The translations under genes and the position numbers were made by a program. Shown piece by piece: positions 20,382-30,448 of a stretch of DNA of 64,000 nucleotides. Origin of the DNA: Clostridiales bacterium. GTDB taxonomy: Bacteria; Bacillota; Clostridia; Oscillospirales; Acutalibacteraceae. The notes under the pieces were generated by a model that saw only the letters and a program-made list of their open reading frames with translations, had not been told where the DNA came from and made no database searches. How positions within the stretch are numbered: the first letter of the stretch is position 1; each line of letters starts with the position of its first letter. The stretch spans positions 207 to 64,206 of the forward strand of contig DAISNS010000001.1 of NCBI GenBank assembly GCA_036830905.1. Reading direction: 5' to 3'.

Positions 20382-20419
20382 ACAATCCTCCGCCACGGGA
20401 AGCGTGACGGAGGATTGTC
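20382..20419 (-). terminator. Hairpin downstream of rpsO, probable terminator
   Basis: ACAATCCTCCG.CACG / CGTG.CGGAGGATTGT inverted repeat, then a T-rich stretch on the minus strand. Confidence 0.6.
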
Positions 20420-20509
20420 TCTGCAAACCTCATGCGCCCGCGCCCGGACAGGCCCTCCGGCTCTCGGAAAAGCCCGGAACGCGGCGTGCGCGCCGCCTCA
20501 GGCGGCCGC

Positions 20510-20773
20510 TTACTTGCGGATGTTCAGCTTTTCGATGATCGCGCGGTAGCGCTCGATGTCGGACTTCTGAAGATAATTCAGAAGGTTCCGGCGCTGGCCG
20601 ATCATCTTATAAAGGCCGCGGCGGCTGTGGTGGTCCCTCTTATGGATCTTCAGATGCTCGGTAAGCGTGTTGATGCGCGCCGTCAGGACGGCGATCTGCA
20701 CTTCCGGGGAACCGGTGTCGCCTTCGTGGCGGGCGTACTTCTCGATAATAACGCCTTTTTCTTCTTTCTGCAT
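20510..20773 (-). CDS. rpsO: 30S ribosomal protein S15
   Basis: [41 protein letters not shown]. Confidence 0.98.
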   Translation of the reverse strand: MQKEEKGVIIEKYARHEGDTGSPEVQIAVLTARINTLTEHLKIHKRDHHSRRGLYKMIGQRRNLLNYLQKSDIERYRAIIEKLNIRK

Positions 20774-20798
20774 GGCTTTTTCCACCTTTTTTCAAAAT

Positions 20799-20870
20799 TC
20801 CCATAAGCGCAGACGAGGGTTGGTGAAAGCCTCTGAAACAGAGGATGCTCCCGGGACCGCGCAAAGGGTT
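20799..20870 (-). ncRNA. Putative Firmicutes-type S15 ribosomal leader (autoregulatory mRNA structure)
   Basis: Lies between the promoter and the rpsO RBS; minus strand reads AACCCUUUGCGCGG...UCACCAACCC...CUGCGC..AUGGG with GCGCGG/CUGCGC pairing and an inner CCUCUG/CAGAGG hairpin. Confidence 0.55.
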
Positions 20871-20877
20871 ACAATAT

Positions 20878-20907
20878 ACTATACCACAGGGGGGTGCGGT
20901 TTGTAAA
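20878..20907 (-). promoter_or_regulatory. rpsO promoter
   Basis: TTTACA-18 bp-TATAGT with a TGTG extended -10. Confidence 0.6.
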
Positions 20908-20910
20908 TCA

Positions 20911-21843
20911 TTATCGGGCGCCGGAATCGGGAAATTTCTCCCGGAAATAGGCCAGCGACTGCGCCCCGTTGCGCCGGATCTCCTCCTGAAGCGCGGCGAG
21001 GCTCGGGAATTTCCGTTCCGGCCGCAGGAATTTCAGCAGGCTGACGCGCGTTTCCCGGCCGTAAAGCGGCGGGCCGGCGTACTCGGGCATCCACGTTTCG
21101 GCGAGCGCAGCCCGGGAAACGCCCACCGTGGGGTGCACGCCGACGTTCGTAACGCCGCAGAAGGAGCGGCCTTCCGCCTCGGCCAGCGAAGCGTAGACGC
21201 CGAACTTCGGCAGCACGGATTCCGGCGGGATCCGCTGGTTCAGCGTCGGGGTGCCGAGCCTTCGGCCGAGGTGCTGTCCCGGCACGACGGGCAGCTCGTA
21301 GCCGAACGGGCGGCCGAGCAGGAGGGCGGCTTTCTCCACGTCCCCCGCGCGGATGCGCGCGCGGATGCGCGTGGAGCTTACCGGCTCGCCGTCCGCGAGC
21401 ACGGCCGGCGCAACGCTGACGCCGATGCCGCACGCCGCGCAGAGGCGCCGCAGCTCGCCGCTTCCCGCTTTTCCACCGCGCCCGAACGTGTAGTTGAAAC
21501 CGCAGCAGGCTTCCTCCGCCATGCAGGCGTTTTTCAGCACCGAACGGACGAAATCTTCCGCCGAGATGTTTTTCACCGACGCGAAGTCGAGCAGGTAGAG
21601 GAACTCGACGCCCATTTCCCGCAGCAGGCGGATCTTCTCTTTCTGCGAAAGAAGCGCGCCGCCGTCGATCCCGCGGAGCTTCGGATTGTCCGCGAACGTG
21701 AGCACGGCCGGCGCGAGGCCGCGCGCGGCGCCCTCCAGCGCGAGGGAGATCACCTTCCTGTGGCCGAGGTGCAGGCCGTCGAACATGCCGAGCGCGACCG
21801 CGCACTCGCGGCCGGCCGGCGTAAGGTCACGATAAATTTCCAT
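20911..21843 (-). CDS. ribF: Bifunctional riboflavin kinase / FAD synthetase
   Basis: ALGMFDGLHLGH, VSSTRIR, GRRLGTPTLN, GVY, NVGVHPTV, FLRPERKF. Confidence 0.95.
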   Translation of the reverse strand: MEIYRDLTPAGRECAVALGMFDGLHLGHRKVISLALEGAARGLAPAVLTFADNPKLRGIDGGALLSQKEKIRLLREMGVEFLYLLDFASVKNISAEDFVRSVLKNACMAEEACCGFNYTFGRGGKAGSGELRRLCAACGIGVSVAPAVLADGEPVSSTRIRARIRAGDVEKAALLLGRPFGYELPVVPGQHLGRRLGTPTLNQRIPPESVLPKFGVYASLAEAEGRSFCGVTNVGVHPTVGVSRAALAETWMPEYAGPPLYGRETRVSLLKFLRPERKFPSLAALQEEIRRNGAQSLAYFREKFPDSGAR

Positions 21844-22771
21844 GAGACGTCTGTCGCTCCTGAGATGGGATTTTTGTGCGGAAAAGCCGCAGGATTTTCA
21901 GTTCCCCCCGCCGCGCTTCCGCCAGCCCGAGGAAAACGCCGTCCGGGGAGAGGACGCGGTAGCGCCCGCCCTCCTCCGCCGCGGCCGCCCGGAGCGACGT
22001 GCGCGCGAGTTCCAGCGCGCCGCCGTTGCAAAAGCGCGCCGCCTGCGGTGCGGTGACGCGCACTGTGGGCACGTCCGGGAACAGCGACTCCACCGGGAGC
22101 AGCCGCTCCGCGAGCCTCCCCTCGGACGCGAGGGCCTTCGCCTCCTCCAGCGTGACGGCGTCGGCGAGCGAGAAGCCCGCGGCGGCGGTGCGCCGCAGCG
22201 CCGTCATCACGCCGCCGACGCCCAGCGCGTCGCCGAGGTCGGAGCAGATGGTGCGGATGTACGTGCCCTTGGAGCAGGCGATCCGCAGCCGGCCGGAACG
22301 CGAGGCCTCGTCGTACTCCGCCAGCTCCAGGCGGGAGACCGTCACGGGGCGCGCCTCCCGCGCCACTTCCACGCCGCGCCGCGCGAGGTCGTAAAGGCGC
22401 TCGCCGTTCACGCTCAGGGCGGAGTACATCGGCGGCGTCTGGAGGATCTCGCCCCGGAAACGGGGCAGGGCGGCTTCCACCCGGCCGCGCGGGACGGGCG
22501 CGCCGCTTTCCGCGAGCGTTTTGCCGGTGCTGTCCTGCGTGTCCGTGGAGGCGCCGAGGCGGAAACCGGCCTCGTATTCCTTCCCGGTGTTTTGCAGGAA
22601 CGGCAGGGCGCGCGTCGCGGAGCCCAGAAGCAGCGGCAGCACGCCCGTCGCCATGGGGTCCAGCGTGCCGGTGTGGCCGACTTTCCGCTCGCGGCTCAGG
22701 CCGCGCATCAGCGCGACCACGTCGAACGAGGTGAAGCCGGCGGGCTTGTCTATCACGATGACGCCATTCAT
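21827..22771 (-). CDS. truB: tRNA pseudouridine(55) synthase
   Basis: DKPAGFTSFD, KVGHTGTLDPMATGVL, PPMYSA, CSKGTYIRT. Confidence 0.97.
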   Translation of the reverse strand: MNGVIVIDKPAGFTSFDVVALMRGLSRERKVGHTGTLDPMATGVLPLLLGSATRALPFLQNTGKEYEAGFRLGASTDTQDSTGKTLAESGAPVPRGRVEAALPRFRGEILQTPPMYSALSVNGERLYDLARRGVEVAREARPVTVSRLELAEYDEASRSGRLRIACSKGTYIRTICSDLGDALGVGGVMTALRRTAAAGFSLADAVTLEEAKALASEGRLAERLLPVESLFPDVPTVRVTAPQAARFCNGGALELARTSLRAAAAEEGGRYRVLSPDGVFLGLAEARRGELKILRLFRTKIPSQERQTSHGNLS

Positions 22772-22858
22772 GCTTTCGATTCAGACACCTTTCCGCAGAG
22801 CTGTGGCAATCCGTTTTCCCCGCCGCGGGGGCGGGAAGAGCGCGCGGCCGGCTGCGGC

Positions 22859-23224
22859 TCAGGGGGCGTCTTCGCCGCGCTGCTCCTCTTTCAGGTCGTT
22901 CAGGATGCGCTCGATGTTCGCGCCCCGTTCGATGGAATCGGTGGGGCGGAACAGGAGCTGCGGAACCTTCCGGAGCGGCAGGCGCTCGCCCAGCTCGTGC
23001 CGGATGAACCCGGAGGCGGATTTCAGGCCCTTGACTGCCTCCTTCGCGCGGTCCATGCCCTCCATGGCGCTGATATAGACGGTGCAGTAAGAAAGATCGC
23101 TCGTCACGTCCACGCCCACGATGCTGATCAGCCCCTGCACGCGCGGATCCTTCACCTTGCGGAGGATGGCGGTCAGCTCCCGCTTGACGTCCTCCGTGAT
23201 ACGGCCCATCCTATGGCTTGGCAT
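22859..23224 (-). CDS. rbfA: Ribosome-binding factor A
   Basis: VKDPRV, DLSYCTVY, SASGFIR, LRKVPQL.F..TDSIERG; located directly after infB. Confidence 0.95.
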   Translation of the reverse strand: MPSHRMGRITEDVKRELTAILRKVKDPRVQGLISIVGVDVTSDLSYCTVYISAMEGMDRAKEAVKGLKSASGFIRHELGERLPLRKVPQLLFRPTDSIERGANIERILNDLKEEQRGEDAP

Positions 23225-23254
23225 TGATTGATTTCTCCTCCCCCTGTAAGGCGC

Positions 23255-25840
23255 TTACTCCCTGTATTCCTCCGTCGTGAAGGCTTCCAGGACGTCGCCC
23301 TCCTTGATATCGTTGAATTTCGAGAGGCCGATGCCGCAGTCGTAGCCGGTAAGGACCTCTTTGGCGTCGTCCTTGAAGCGCTTGAGCGAGGCGATGCTGT
23401 CCTCCGCGACCACGACGCCGTCGCGCACCACGCGGATCTGCGCCGCGCGGCTGACCTTGCCCTCGGTGACGTGGGCGCCCGCGATGGTCCCCACGCTGCT
23501 GATGCGGTAAACCTGCCGCACCTCCGCCTTGCCGAGGGACACCTCGCGCGTCTTCGGCGCAAGCATGCCCTTGAGCGCGGCGCCGATCTCGTTGATGCAC
23601 TCGTAGATGATGCGGTAGAGGCGGACGTCCACCCCGTCGCGCTTCGCGTTTTCCTCGGCCACGTTGTCCGGCCGCACGTTGAAGCCGATGACGACGGCGT
23701 TGGACGCCGCCGCGAGCATGACGTCGGATTCGTTGATGGCGCCGACGCCGCTGTGGATGATATTCACGCGCACCTCGTCGTTGCTCAGCTTTTCCAGGGA
23801 CTGGCACACGGCTTCCACGGAGCCCTGCACGTCGGCTTTCACGACGAGCGAAAGCGTCTTCATGTCGTTTTCCTGCATCTGCTCGAAAAGGTTGTCGAGC
23901 GTCACCTTGGTGCGGGCGTTGAACTTTTCCTCTTTCCGCTCGTTGCGGCGCTGCTGCACCAGCTCGCGCGCGAGGCGCTCGTCGGTTACGGCGTTGAATA
24001 CGTCGCCGCCCGTGGGCACGTCGTCCAGTCCGGTGATCTCCGCCGGGACGCTCGGGCCGGCCTTCCGGATCTCCTGGCCGTTCTCGTTCGCCATGGCGCG
24101 CACGCGGCCCACCGTGGTGCCCGCCACGAGGATGTCGCCCACATGGAGCGTGCCGTTCTGCACCAGAACGGTCGCGATGGGGCCGCGCCCCTTGTCGAGG
24201 CGCGCCTCGATGACGGTGCCTTTCGCGGCGCGGTCCGGGTTCGCCTTGAGATCTTTCATGTCCGCCACGAGGAGGACGGTTTCCAGCAGCTCCTTGATGC
24301 CGGTTTTCTTCACGGCGGAAACGGGGATGCAGGGAACGTCGCCGCCCCACTCCTCCGGCACGATGCCGTATTTCGTGAGCTGCTCCTTCACAATCTGCGG
24401 GTTCGCACCCGGCTTATCCATCTTGTTGATGGCGACGATGATGGAGACCTTCGCGGCCTTCGCGTGGTTGATGGCCTCCACGGTCTGCGGCATGACGCCG
24501 TCGTCGGCGGCGACGACCAGGATGGCGATATCCGTCACCTGCGCGCCGCGCATCCGCATCGTGGTGAACGCCTCGTGGCCCGGCGTGTCGAGGAACGTCA
24601 CGTCGCGGCCCCCGACCTTCACCTGGTAGGCGCCGATGTGCTGCGTGATGCCGCCGGCCTCGGTGGAGGTCACGTTCGTGTGGCGGATCGCGTCGAGCAG
24701 GGAGGTCTTGCCGTGGTCGACGTGGCCCATGACGACCACGACGGGCGCGCGGGAAACGAGGTTGTCGTCCTTGTCCTCGCTGTCGTCGATGATCCGCTCC
24801 TCGATGGTGACGTGGACTTCCTTCTGCACCTTCGCGTGGAATTCCATGGCGGCGAGGGAGGCGGTGTCGAAGTCGATCACGTCGTTCACGGCCGCGAAGA
24901 CGCCCATGCCCATCAGCTTTTTAATGACCTCGGCCGCCGTGGCCTTCAGGCGCATGGCCAGCTCGCCCACGGTGATCTGCTCCGGGATCTGCACGGTGAT
25001 GGGCTTGTTTTTGCGCTCCATCGCGATGCGGCGCAGGCGCTCGGACTCGGTTTCCCGGCGGTGGTAGCCGCGCGGCTTGCGGCGGTACTGGCTGCTCCGC
25101 TGCGTCAGCTTCTGCTTTTTCACGGTGTTGTCGGAGGGGCGCACCTTCTCGGAGGCGAGGCGGTCGTACTTCTCATTGTAGCGGTCGAGCTCCACGTTCG
25201 GGGCGTGCGTATCCACGATCCTGCCCGTGGGCTTCGCGGCGGCGCCGGTAGTCCCCATGCGGACGGTTTGCTGCTGCGGATGCTTCTGCACCGGCTGCTT
25301 TTTCTGCTGCTGATTCGGGCGCCTCCGCGTCTGCTGCGCCGTTTTGGCGGCGGCGAAACGGTCGTTCCGGCGCTGCTGCTGCCCGGCCTGTCTTGCCGGG
25401 GCCTGCTGCCCGGCCTGTCTCGCGGGAGCCTGCTGCCCGGCCTGTCTCGCGGGGGCCTGCTGCCCGGCCTGTCTGGCGGGGGCCTGCTGTCCGGCGGCCT
25501 GCCTCGCGGCGGGTCTCACCGGGGCCTGCCTGCCCGCCGCCGGCTTCGCGGCGGCAGGCGCGGTCTCCTTCACAGCGGGCTTCTCCGGCGTCACGAGGAT
25601 GTCGGGTTTCTCCACGGTGACGATCGGCTTCCGCTTTTCGGCCTGCGCGAAATACGCGTCGAGGTTCGGGGAGCTGTGCTGCTGGGTGAACGTCTCGAAC
25701 ACGACGTCCAGCTCGTTTTCCGTCAGGGCCGTCATGTGCTTCTTCGTTTCGCCGGTATATTTTTTTATGGTGTCGATTACGTCCTTGTTGGGTACCTTGA
25801 GATCGTTTGCAACGTCGTGGACTCTGTATTTTATCATCAT
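23255..25840 (-). CDS. infB: Translation initiation factor IF-2
   Basis: [58 protein letters not shown]. Confidence 0.98.
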   Translation of the reverse strand: MMIKYRVHDVANDLKVPNKDVIDTIKKYTGETKKHMTALTENELDVVFETFTQQHSSPNLDAYFAQAEKRKPIVTVEKPDILVTPEKPAVKETAPAAAKPAAGRQAPVRPAARQAAGQQAPARQAGQQAPARQAGQQAPARQAGQQAPARQAGQQQRRNDRFAAAKTAQQTRRRPNQQQKKQPVQKHPQQQTVRMGTTGAAAKPTGRIVDTHAPNVELDRYNEKYDRLASEKVRPSDNTVKKQKLTQRSSQYRRKPRGYHRRETESERLRRIAMERKNKPITVQIPEQITVGELAMRLKATAAEVIKKLMGMGVFAAVNDVIDFDTASLAAMEFHAKVQKEVHVTIEERIIDDSEDKDDNLVSRAPVVVVMGHVDHGKTSLLDAIRHTNVTSTEAGGITQHIGAYQVKVGGRDVTFLDTPGHEAFTTMRMRGAQVTDIAILVVAADDGVMPQTVEAINHAKAAKVSIIVAINKMDKPGANPQIVKEQLTKYGIVPEEWGGDVPCIPVSAVKKTGIKELLETVLLVADMKDLKANPDRAAKGTVIEARLDKGRGPIATVLVQNGTLHVGDILVAGTTVGRVRAMANENGQEIRKAGPSVPAEITGLDDVPTGGDVFNAVTDERLARELVQQRRNERKEEKFNARTKVTLDNLFEQMQENDMKTLSLVVKADVQGSVEAVCQSLEKLSNDEVRVNIIHSGVGAINESDVMLAAASNAVVIGFNVRPDNVAEENAKRDGVDVRLYRIIYECINEIGAALKGMLAPKTREVSLGKAEVRQVYRISSVGTIAGAHVTEGKVSRAAQIRVVRDGVVVAEDSIASLKRFKDDAKEVLTGYDCGIGLSKFNDIKEGDVLEAFTTEEYRE
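25376..25483 (-). repeat. 27-bp tandem repeat inside infB (4 copies plus a degenerate one), encoding APARQAGQQ
   Basis: + strand units begin CTGCTGCCCGGCCTGTCT at 25376, 25403, 25430 and 25457. Confidence 0.9.
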
Positions 25841-26166
25841 AAGTTCGTTCCTCCTCGATCTGACGCGCTCAGTTTCCGGAGAGCTTCCGCAAATCCCCTG
25901 TCATTTACCGCGATTACGCCCGTTCGTTTCCCCAGGGCGGCTTCCACTTCGTCCATTCCCGCTTCCAGCGGCGCTGCGGGCACGCCGGCGTTTTCCGCCT
26001 CCGCCCGCACCGTCTCGCCCGTCCTGCGGGAGAGGTCCGCGGAAAGAAGGACCAGTTTGGCCCGGCGCCTTCGCACCGCCTGCTTCGCGGCTTCCGCTCC
26101 GAGGTCCAGTTTCCCGGCCCTGCGGGCGATGCCCAGCAGGTTCATCAGACGTTTATTTGTTTCCAA
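25837..26166 (-). CDS. L7Ae/L30e-family RNA-binding protein (YlxQ-like)
   Basis: [37 protein letters not shown]; conserved position in the operon. Confidence 0.9.
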   Translation of the reverse strand: METNKRLMNLLGIARRAGKLDLGAEAAKQAVRRRRAKLVLLSADLSRRTGETVRAEAENAGVPAAPLEAGMDEVEAALGKRTGVIAVNDRGFAEALRKLSASDRGGTNL

Positions 26167-26425
26167 GCAGTTCCTCCTCCAGGCGGTCGTAGATTTCCTC
26201 CGGTATTTTGCACGAGAAGGCCTTTTCCAGCCGGCGCGCTTTCCGCGCGGCTTTCAGGCAGTCCGCGTCTCTGCAGATGTATGCGCCGCGGCCCGGTTTG
26301 CGGCCGGTAAGATCCAGGGAGATTTCCCCTTCCGGCGACTTCACGATGCGTACCAGCTCCCGTTTGGGCTTCATTTCCCCGCAGCCGGCGCACATGCGCA
26401 GCGGCGTTTTCTTTTTTCGGATCAC
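26153..26425 (-). CDS. ylxR: YlxR/RnpM family RNA-binding protein
   Basis: PLRMCAGC.EMKPKRELVRIV, GRGAYIC...CL..ARK..RLEKAF. Confidence 0.93.
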   Translation of the reverse strand: MIRKKKTPLRMCAGCGEMKPKRELVRIVKSPEGEISLDLTGRKPGRGAYICRDADCLKAARKARRLEKAFSCKIPEEIYDRLEEELLGNK

Positions 26426-26456
26426 GGCGCGTCCCCTCTTTTCCCTGCGGCGTGCG

Positions 26457-27560
26457 TCAGGCCTGCTGCGGCTCTTCGGCCGCGGCGCTGAAGCCGCTCT
26501 GCGGCTTGATGTCGATTTTCCAACCGGTGAGCCGCGCCGCGAGGCGCGCGTTCTGGCCCTTGTTGCCGATGGCGAGCGAAAGCTGGTCGTCCGGCACGCT
26601 CACGCGGCAGGCGTGGGAGCCGTCGTCGGCGGGGACGACCTCCAGCACGCTGGCGGGCGAAAGGGCGGAGGCGATGAATTTGCACGGATCGTCGCTGTAC
26701 TCCACGATGTCGATCTTCTCCCCGCCGAGCTCCTCCACAATGTGGTTGACGCGCGTCCCCTTCGCGCCGATGCAGGAGCCCACGGCGTCCACGTCGGGGT
26801 TGTGGCTGGTGACGGCGATCTTTGTGCGCGAGCCGGCTTCGCGCGAGATGGCCTTGATCTCGACGGTGCCGTCGTAGATCTCCGGCACCTCCGCCTCGAA
26901 CAGGCGGCGCACCAGGTCCGGGTGGATGCGGCTGATGACGACGTGCGGGCCTTTTTCCGTTTCGCGCACGTCCGCCACGTAGACCTTCACATGGCTGCCC
27001 ACCGCGAGCGTTTCCCCGGGCACCTGCTCCGTCTTCGGCAGAACGGCCTCGGCCTTGCCGATGGTCAGCGTGGCCGCGCCGGTGCGCGGATCGATCTGCT
27101 CCACGAGGGCGGTGACGAGCTCCTGGTGCTTGCTTTCGAATTCCTGGAGCATCCTGCTGCGCTCGCCGTCGCGGATGCCCTGGCGGATGATGTTGCGCGC
27201 CGTCATGGCGGCGATGCGGCCGAACTCCTTCGTGTCCAGCGGGACGGAAACGGTCTCGCCGACGCCCGTTTCCGGGTTGACGGCGCGCGCCTTTTCCAGC
27301 GTGATTTCCTTGCCCGGGTCCGTCACGTCCTCCGCGACCGTCTTGTTGAGGAACACCTCGAACACGCCTTTGGCCTGGTCGGCGTTTACGGTGCAGTTTT
27401 CGTTGCCGTAGCTGTTCTTGCAGGCGGTTGCGATCGCCTTCTTGATGCGGTCCAGCATGAAATCCACGGGGATGCCGCGCTCTTTTTCCAGCAGGGCAAG
27501 CGCCCCGAAAATCTCCGCGCTGCTGTTCGCGGCGGGCTCCGCTTTGCTCTTTTTCTTCAT
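26457..27560 (-). CDS. nusA: Transcription termination/antitermination factor NusA
   Basis: FGRIAA.TA, LFEAEVPEIYDG, SREAGSRTKIAV, GEKIDIV, QLSLAIGNKGQNARLAARLTGWKIDI. Confidence 0.98.
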   Translation of the reverse strand: MKKKSKAEPAANSSAEIFGALALLEKERGIPVDFMLDRIKKAIATACKNSYGNENCTVNADQAKGVFEVFLNKTVAEDVTDPGKEITLEKARAVNPETGVGETVSVPLDTKEFGRIAAMTARNIIRQGIRDGERSRMLQEFESKHQELVTALVEQIDPRTGAATLTIGKAEAVLPKTEQVPGETLAVGSHVKVYVADVRETEKGPHVVISRIHPDLVRRLFEAEVPEIYDGTVEIKAISREAGSRTKIAVTSHNPDVDAVGSCIGAKGTRVNHIVEELGGEKIDIVEYSDDPCKFIASALSPASVLEVVPADDGSHACRVSVPDDQLSLAIGNKGQNARLAARLTGWKIDIKPQSGFSAAAEEPQQA

Positions 27561-28057
27561 GATTCCTCAATTCCCTCCAAAAAATCATCATCCCGAAGCC
27601 GGACGGAAGAGACGTCCTTGCGGGAAATCGTCTTATGTTCTCCCGTTTCGAGGGCGAGGACGAACTCCCCGCCCGAAAAGGAAACCAGCGTGCCGGCAAG
27701 CTCGCGCCGCCCGTCCGCAAGAGGGCGGATCAGGCGCGCCGTCACGCCGGCGCCGAGGTACTGCCGGAAATGTTCCGGCCGGGTGAGCTCCCGGCAGACG
27801 CCGGGGGACGAAACCTCCAGGCAGTACGGCCCGGGCACGGGGTCCCGCTCGTCGAGCGGGCCGTCGATCGCCCGGCTCATGGCCTCGCAGTCCGCGATGC
27901 CGACGCCCCCGGGCTTGTCGATGAAGATGCGCAGGTACCACGCCCCGCCTTCCCGCACATAGCGCACGTCCCAGATGGAAAGGCCGAGCTTCTCCGCGTA
28001 CGGCGCCGCCATCCCGCGCACGGTTTCGGCCACGCCGCCCTTTTTGCCTTCCGACAA
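27557..28057 (-). CDS. rimP: Ribosome maturation factor RimP
   Basis: TTG start after GAGGTG; LRIFIDKPGGV...DCE..SR, Y.LEVSSPG..REL. Confidence 0.95.
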   Translation of the reverse strand: MSEGKKGGVAETVRGMAAPYAEKLGLSIWDVRYVREGGAWYLRIFIDKPGGVGIADCEAMSRAIDGPLDERDPVPGPYCLEVSSPGVCRELTRPEHFRQYLGAGVTARLIRPLADGRRELAGTLVSFSGGEFVLALETGEHKTISRKDVSSVRLRDDDFLEGIEES

Positions 28058-28074
28058 AATCCATTCACCTCGTA

Positions 28075-28108
28075 ATACAAACAAAAGAGCGGGTTGCCCC
28101 ACTCTTTC
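28075..28108 (-). terminator. rimP-leader attenuator hairpin (candidate NusA-dependent terminator)
   Basis: AAAGAGUGGG-GCAA-CCCGCUCUUU followed by an interrupted U tract, located between the promoter and the rimP RBS. Confidence 0.75.
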
Positions 28109-28133
28109 ATCCTCACTTCAATAATTCTTATCA

Positions 28134-28162
28134 AGTTTACCACATCTCCGTGGAAAAAGCAA
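28134..28162 (-). promoter_or_regulatory. Promoter of the rimP-nusA-infB operon
   Basis: TTGCTT-17 bp-TAAACT with a TGTG extension. Confidence 0.6.
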
Positions 28163-28174
28163 GGCCTTCCGCGT

Positions 28175-28714
28175 TTATTCCTCCAATTGTTTTCCGAGAA
28201 ACGCGGCGGCCACCTGCGTGAGCTTCGTAACGGATTCCAGGGGCATGGCGGGGTTTCCCTCCGGCTTCATGACCACCACGGCGCCGGTCACGTCGCTGGA
28301 GGCGAGGATCGGGCAGATGATTTCCGCCGGGCGTTCGATGCCTTCCACGGGGTAGATTTTCTCGTTGTCCGTTCCGATGAACGAGCGGCGCGACTGCACG
28401 CATTCGTCCAGCTCCTGCGTCACGCGGCGCTCCAGGTATTCCTTGCGCGAGACGCCGGCCGCCGCCACCACGTGGTCGCGGTCGCAGATCACCGTGGGCA
28501 GGCCGGCCGTGCGGTTGAGCACCTCTGCGTACTGGGAGGCGAACGTGGAGAGCTCGCCGACGGGCGAATATTTCTTAAAAATCACGCCGCCCTGCGCGTC
28601 GGTGAAAATTTCAAGAGCGTCGCCCTCGCGGATGCGGAGAGTCCTGCGGATTTCCTTCGGGATCACAATGCGGCCCAGGTCGTCGATCCTTCTGACGATT
28701 CCTGTTGCTTTCAT
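28175..28714 (-). CDS. spoVT: Stage V sporulation protein T (AbrB-type DNA-binding domain plus GAF domain)
   Basis: MKATGIVRRIDDLGRIVIPKEIRRTLRIREGD.LEIF, KKYSPVGEL, AAFLGKQLE. Confidence 0.95.
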   Translation of the reverse strand: MKATGIVRRIDDLGRIVIPKEIRRTLRIREGDALEIFTDAQGGVIFKKYSPVGELSTFASQYAEVLNRTAGLPTVICDRDHVVAAAGVSRKEYLERRVTQELDECVQSRRSFIGTDNEKIYPVEGIERPAEIICPILASSDVTGAVVVMKPEGNPAMPLESVTKLTQVAAAFLGKQLEE

Positions 28715-28924
28715 AATATATCAATCTCCCCCTGATTCAATTCGTTTGCTAAAATATTGTTTGCACGAACGGCAGATTTATGCAGGGGGAAGATTGCCAG
28801 ACAGGATAAAACGCGGCGGAACCGGCCGCGGATTTTAAATGCGGCCGTTAAGAATTTTTTTATCTTTGGCCATTCTTTCTATTTTTCGCGGAAACGGCGG
28901 GATCTGCGATGCTGCCGGCCGCCG

Positions 28925-30304
28925 TTACCCGCTCAGCTTTACGGCGGCCCGGCGGCCGCACCGTTCGAATCCGTTCATTTTATAGTAGACGAACATGGCC
29001 GCAGCCGCGACGAACCAACCGAACGGGTAGCCGAGCGCGATGGGGATCACGGCGTTGGCCGTATGCGAGGCGATGAAAAGGTAGATCTGGCGCGCGACCA
29101 CGAAGGAGCCCAGCAGGATGAGCATGGTGTTGTTCGCGTCGCCGGCGCCGCGAAGGGCGGCGGCGAGGATGTTCGCCACGCAGGCCAGCGGGTAAAAGGC
29201 CGAGATGAGCCGCACGAACAGCGCGCCGTAGCGCACCACCCCGTCGTCGGGGTTGAACAGCGCCGCCAGCTGCGGCGCGAAAACCGTGACCAGCGCGATC
29301 TCAAGCGCGGTGCAGGAGAGCAGCAGGACCATCGTGGCGGAAAGGCCCTTCTTTGCGCGCCGGAACAGCCCCGCGCCGATATTCTGCCCCACGAACGTCG
29401 TCACCGACATGGTCATCGTCTGGAGCGTGAGGTCGAGAATCTGGTCGATCTTCACGTAGGTGGCCCAGCCGGCCATGCAGGCGGAGCCGAAAAAGTTGAT
29501 GTAGCCCTGCACGAACACGTTGGAAAAGGCGGTGAGCGCCATCTGCACGGAGGTGGGGAACCCGATGCGAAGCATCTCGCGCAGCAGCGGCTTCGCAATG
29601 CGCAGGTCGCGCCACACGAGGCGGTAGACGCCCTCCGAGCGCGAGAGCGTGACGAGGACCAGCACGGCGGAAAGCGCCTGGGATATGGTCGTGGACCAGG
29701 CCACGCCGGCCACGCCCCAGTGGAACACGATGACGAAAAGAAGGTCCAGCGCCGTGTTCAGCACGGCCGCGAAGACCAGGAAGTACAGCGGCCTCCGCGA
29801 GTCCCCCACGGCGCGCAGGACGCCGGAGCCCATATTGTAGACCAGCAGGCCGGAAACGCCCGCAAAGTAGATGGAAAGGAACGTTTCCGCCTCGGGCATC
29901 ACGTCGTCCGGCGTGGCCATCATCACCAGCATCGGCCTCACCAGCAGCATGCCGGCCGCGGTGAACACCACGGAGAGCAGGAACGTGAAGAGCATCACGG
30001 TGTGCACGGCGTCGTGCACGCGTTCCCGGTCGCCGGCGCCGCAGCCCTGGGCGATCACAACGCCGGCGCCGGTGGCGAAGCCGGTGAACACGCCGATGAG
30101 CGTGTTGATGATGCTGGTGGTGGAGCCCACGGCGGCCAGCGCCTGCTTGCCGACGAAATTCCCCACCACGATGCTGTCCACGGTGCTGTACATCTGCTGG
30201 AACAGGTACCCGAGCAGGAGGGGGATGGAGAACTGGATCAATTGTTTCCATACGGAACCGCTCGTCATGTCGAGCTCTTTCCGCTTTTTCCATGGGTTTC
30301 CCAA
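28925..30304 (-). CDS. MATE family efflux transporter
   Basis: DMTSGS.WKQLIQFSIPLL, QQMYSTVDSIVVGNFVG..ALAAVG, LRAVGDSRRPLYFL, FVGQNIGAG; about 12 TM segments; exact start uncertain. Confidence 0.92.
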   Translation of the reverse strand: MGNPWKKRKELDMTSGSVWKQLIQFSIPLLLGYLFQQMYSTVDSIVVGNFVGKQALAAVGSTTSIINTLIGVFTGFATGAGVVIAQGCGAGDRERVHDAVHTVMLFTFLLSVVFTAAGMLLVRPMLVMMATPDDVMPEAETFLSIYFAGVSGLLVYNMGSGVLRAVGDSRRPLYFLVFAAVLNTALDLLFVIVFHWGVAGVAWSTTISQALSAVLVLVTLSRSEGVYRLVWRDLRIAKPLLREMLRIGFPTSVQMALTAFSNVFVQGYINFFGSACMAGWATYVKIDQILDLTLQTMTMSVTTFVGQNIGAGLFRRAKKGLSATMVLLLSCTALEIALVTVFAPQLAALFNPDDGVVRYGALFVRLISAFYPLACVANILAAALRGAGDANNTMLILLGSFVVARQIYLFIASHTANAVIPIALGYPFGWFVAAAAMFVYYKMNGFERCGRRAAVKLSG

Positions 30305-30448
30305 AAAGCATCCCGTTCTTTCTCCCGCGTTCGACAGGCGCAGGCTTTTTACAACGTACTCCAGTATATTCCGCTTGAAAAGTCAAGTCAAGCCGTGACG
30401 ACGGAAAAGGCGGGGGTCTCCCCCCGCCCGGATTTCGGCTGCTGCTTT

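Noticed and set aside
22772..22858. Remnant of the DHH phosphoesterase gene often found between rbfA and truB
   Set aside because: The gap is only 87 bp and contains no recognisable coding remnant.
25376..25483. Possible CRISPR array
   Set aside because: The repeats are contiguous with no spacers, in frame within infB, and there are no cas genes.
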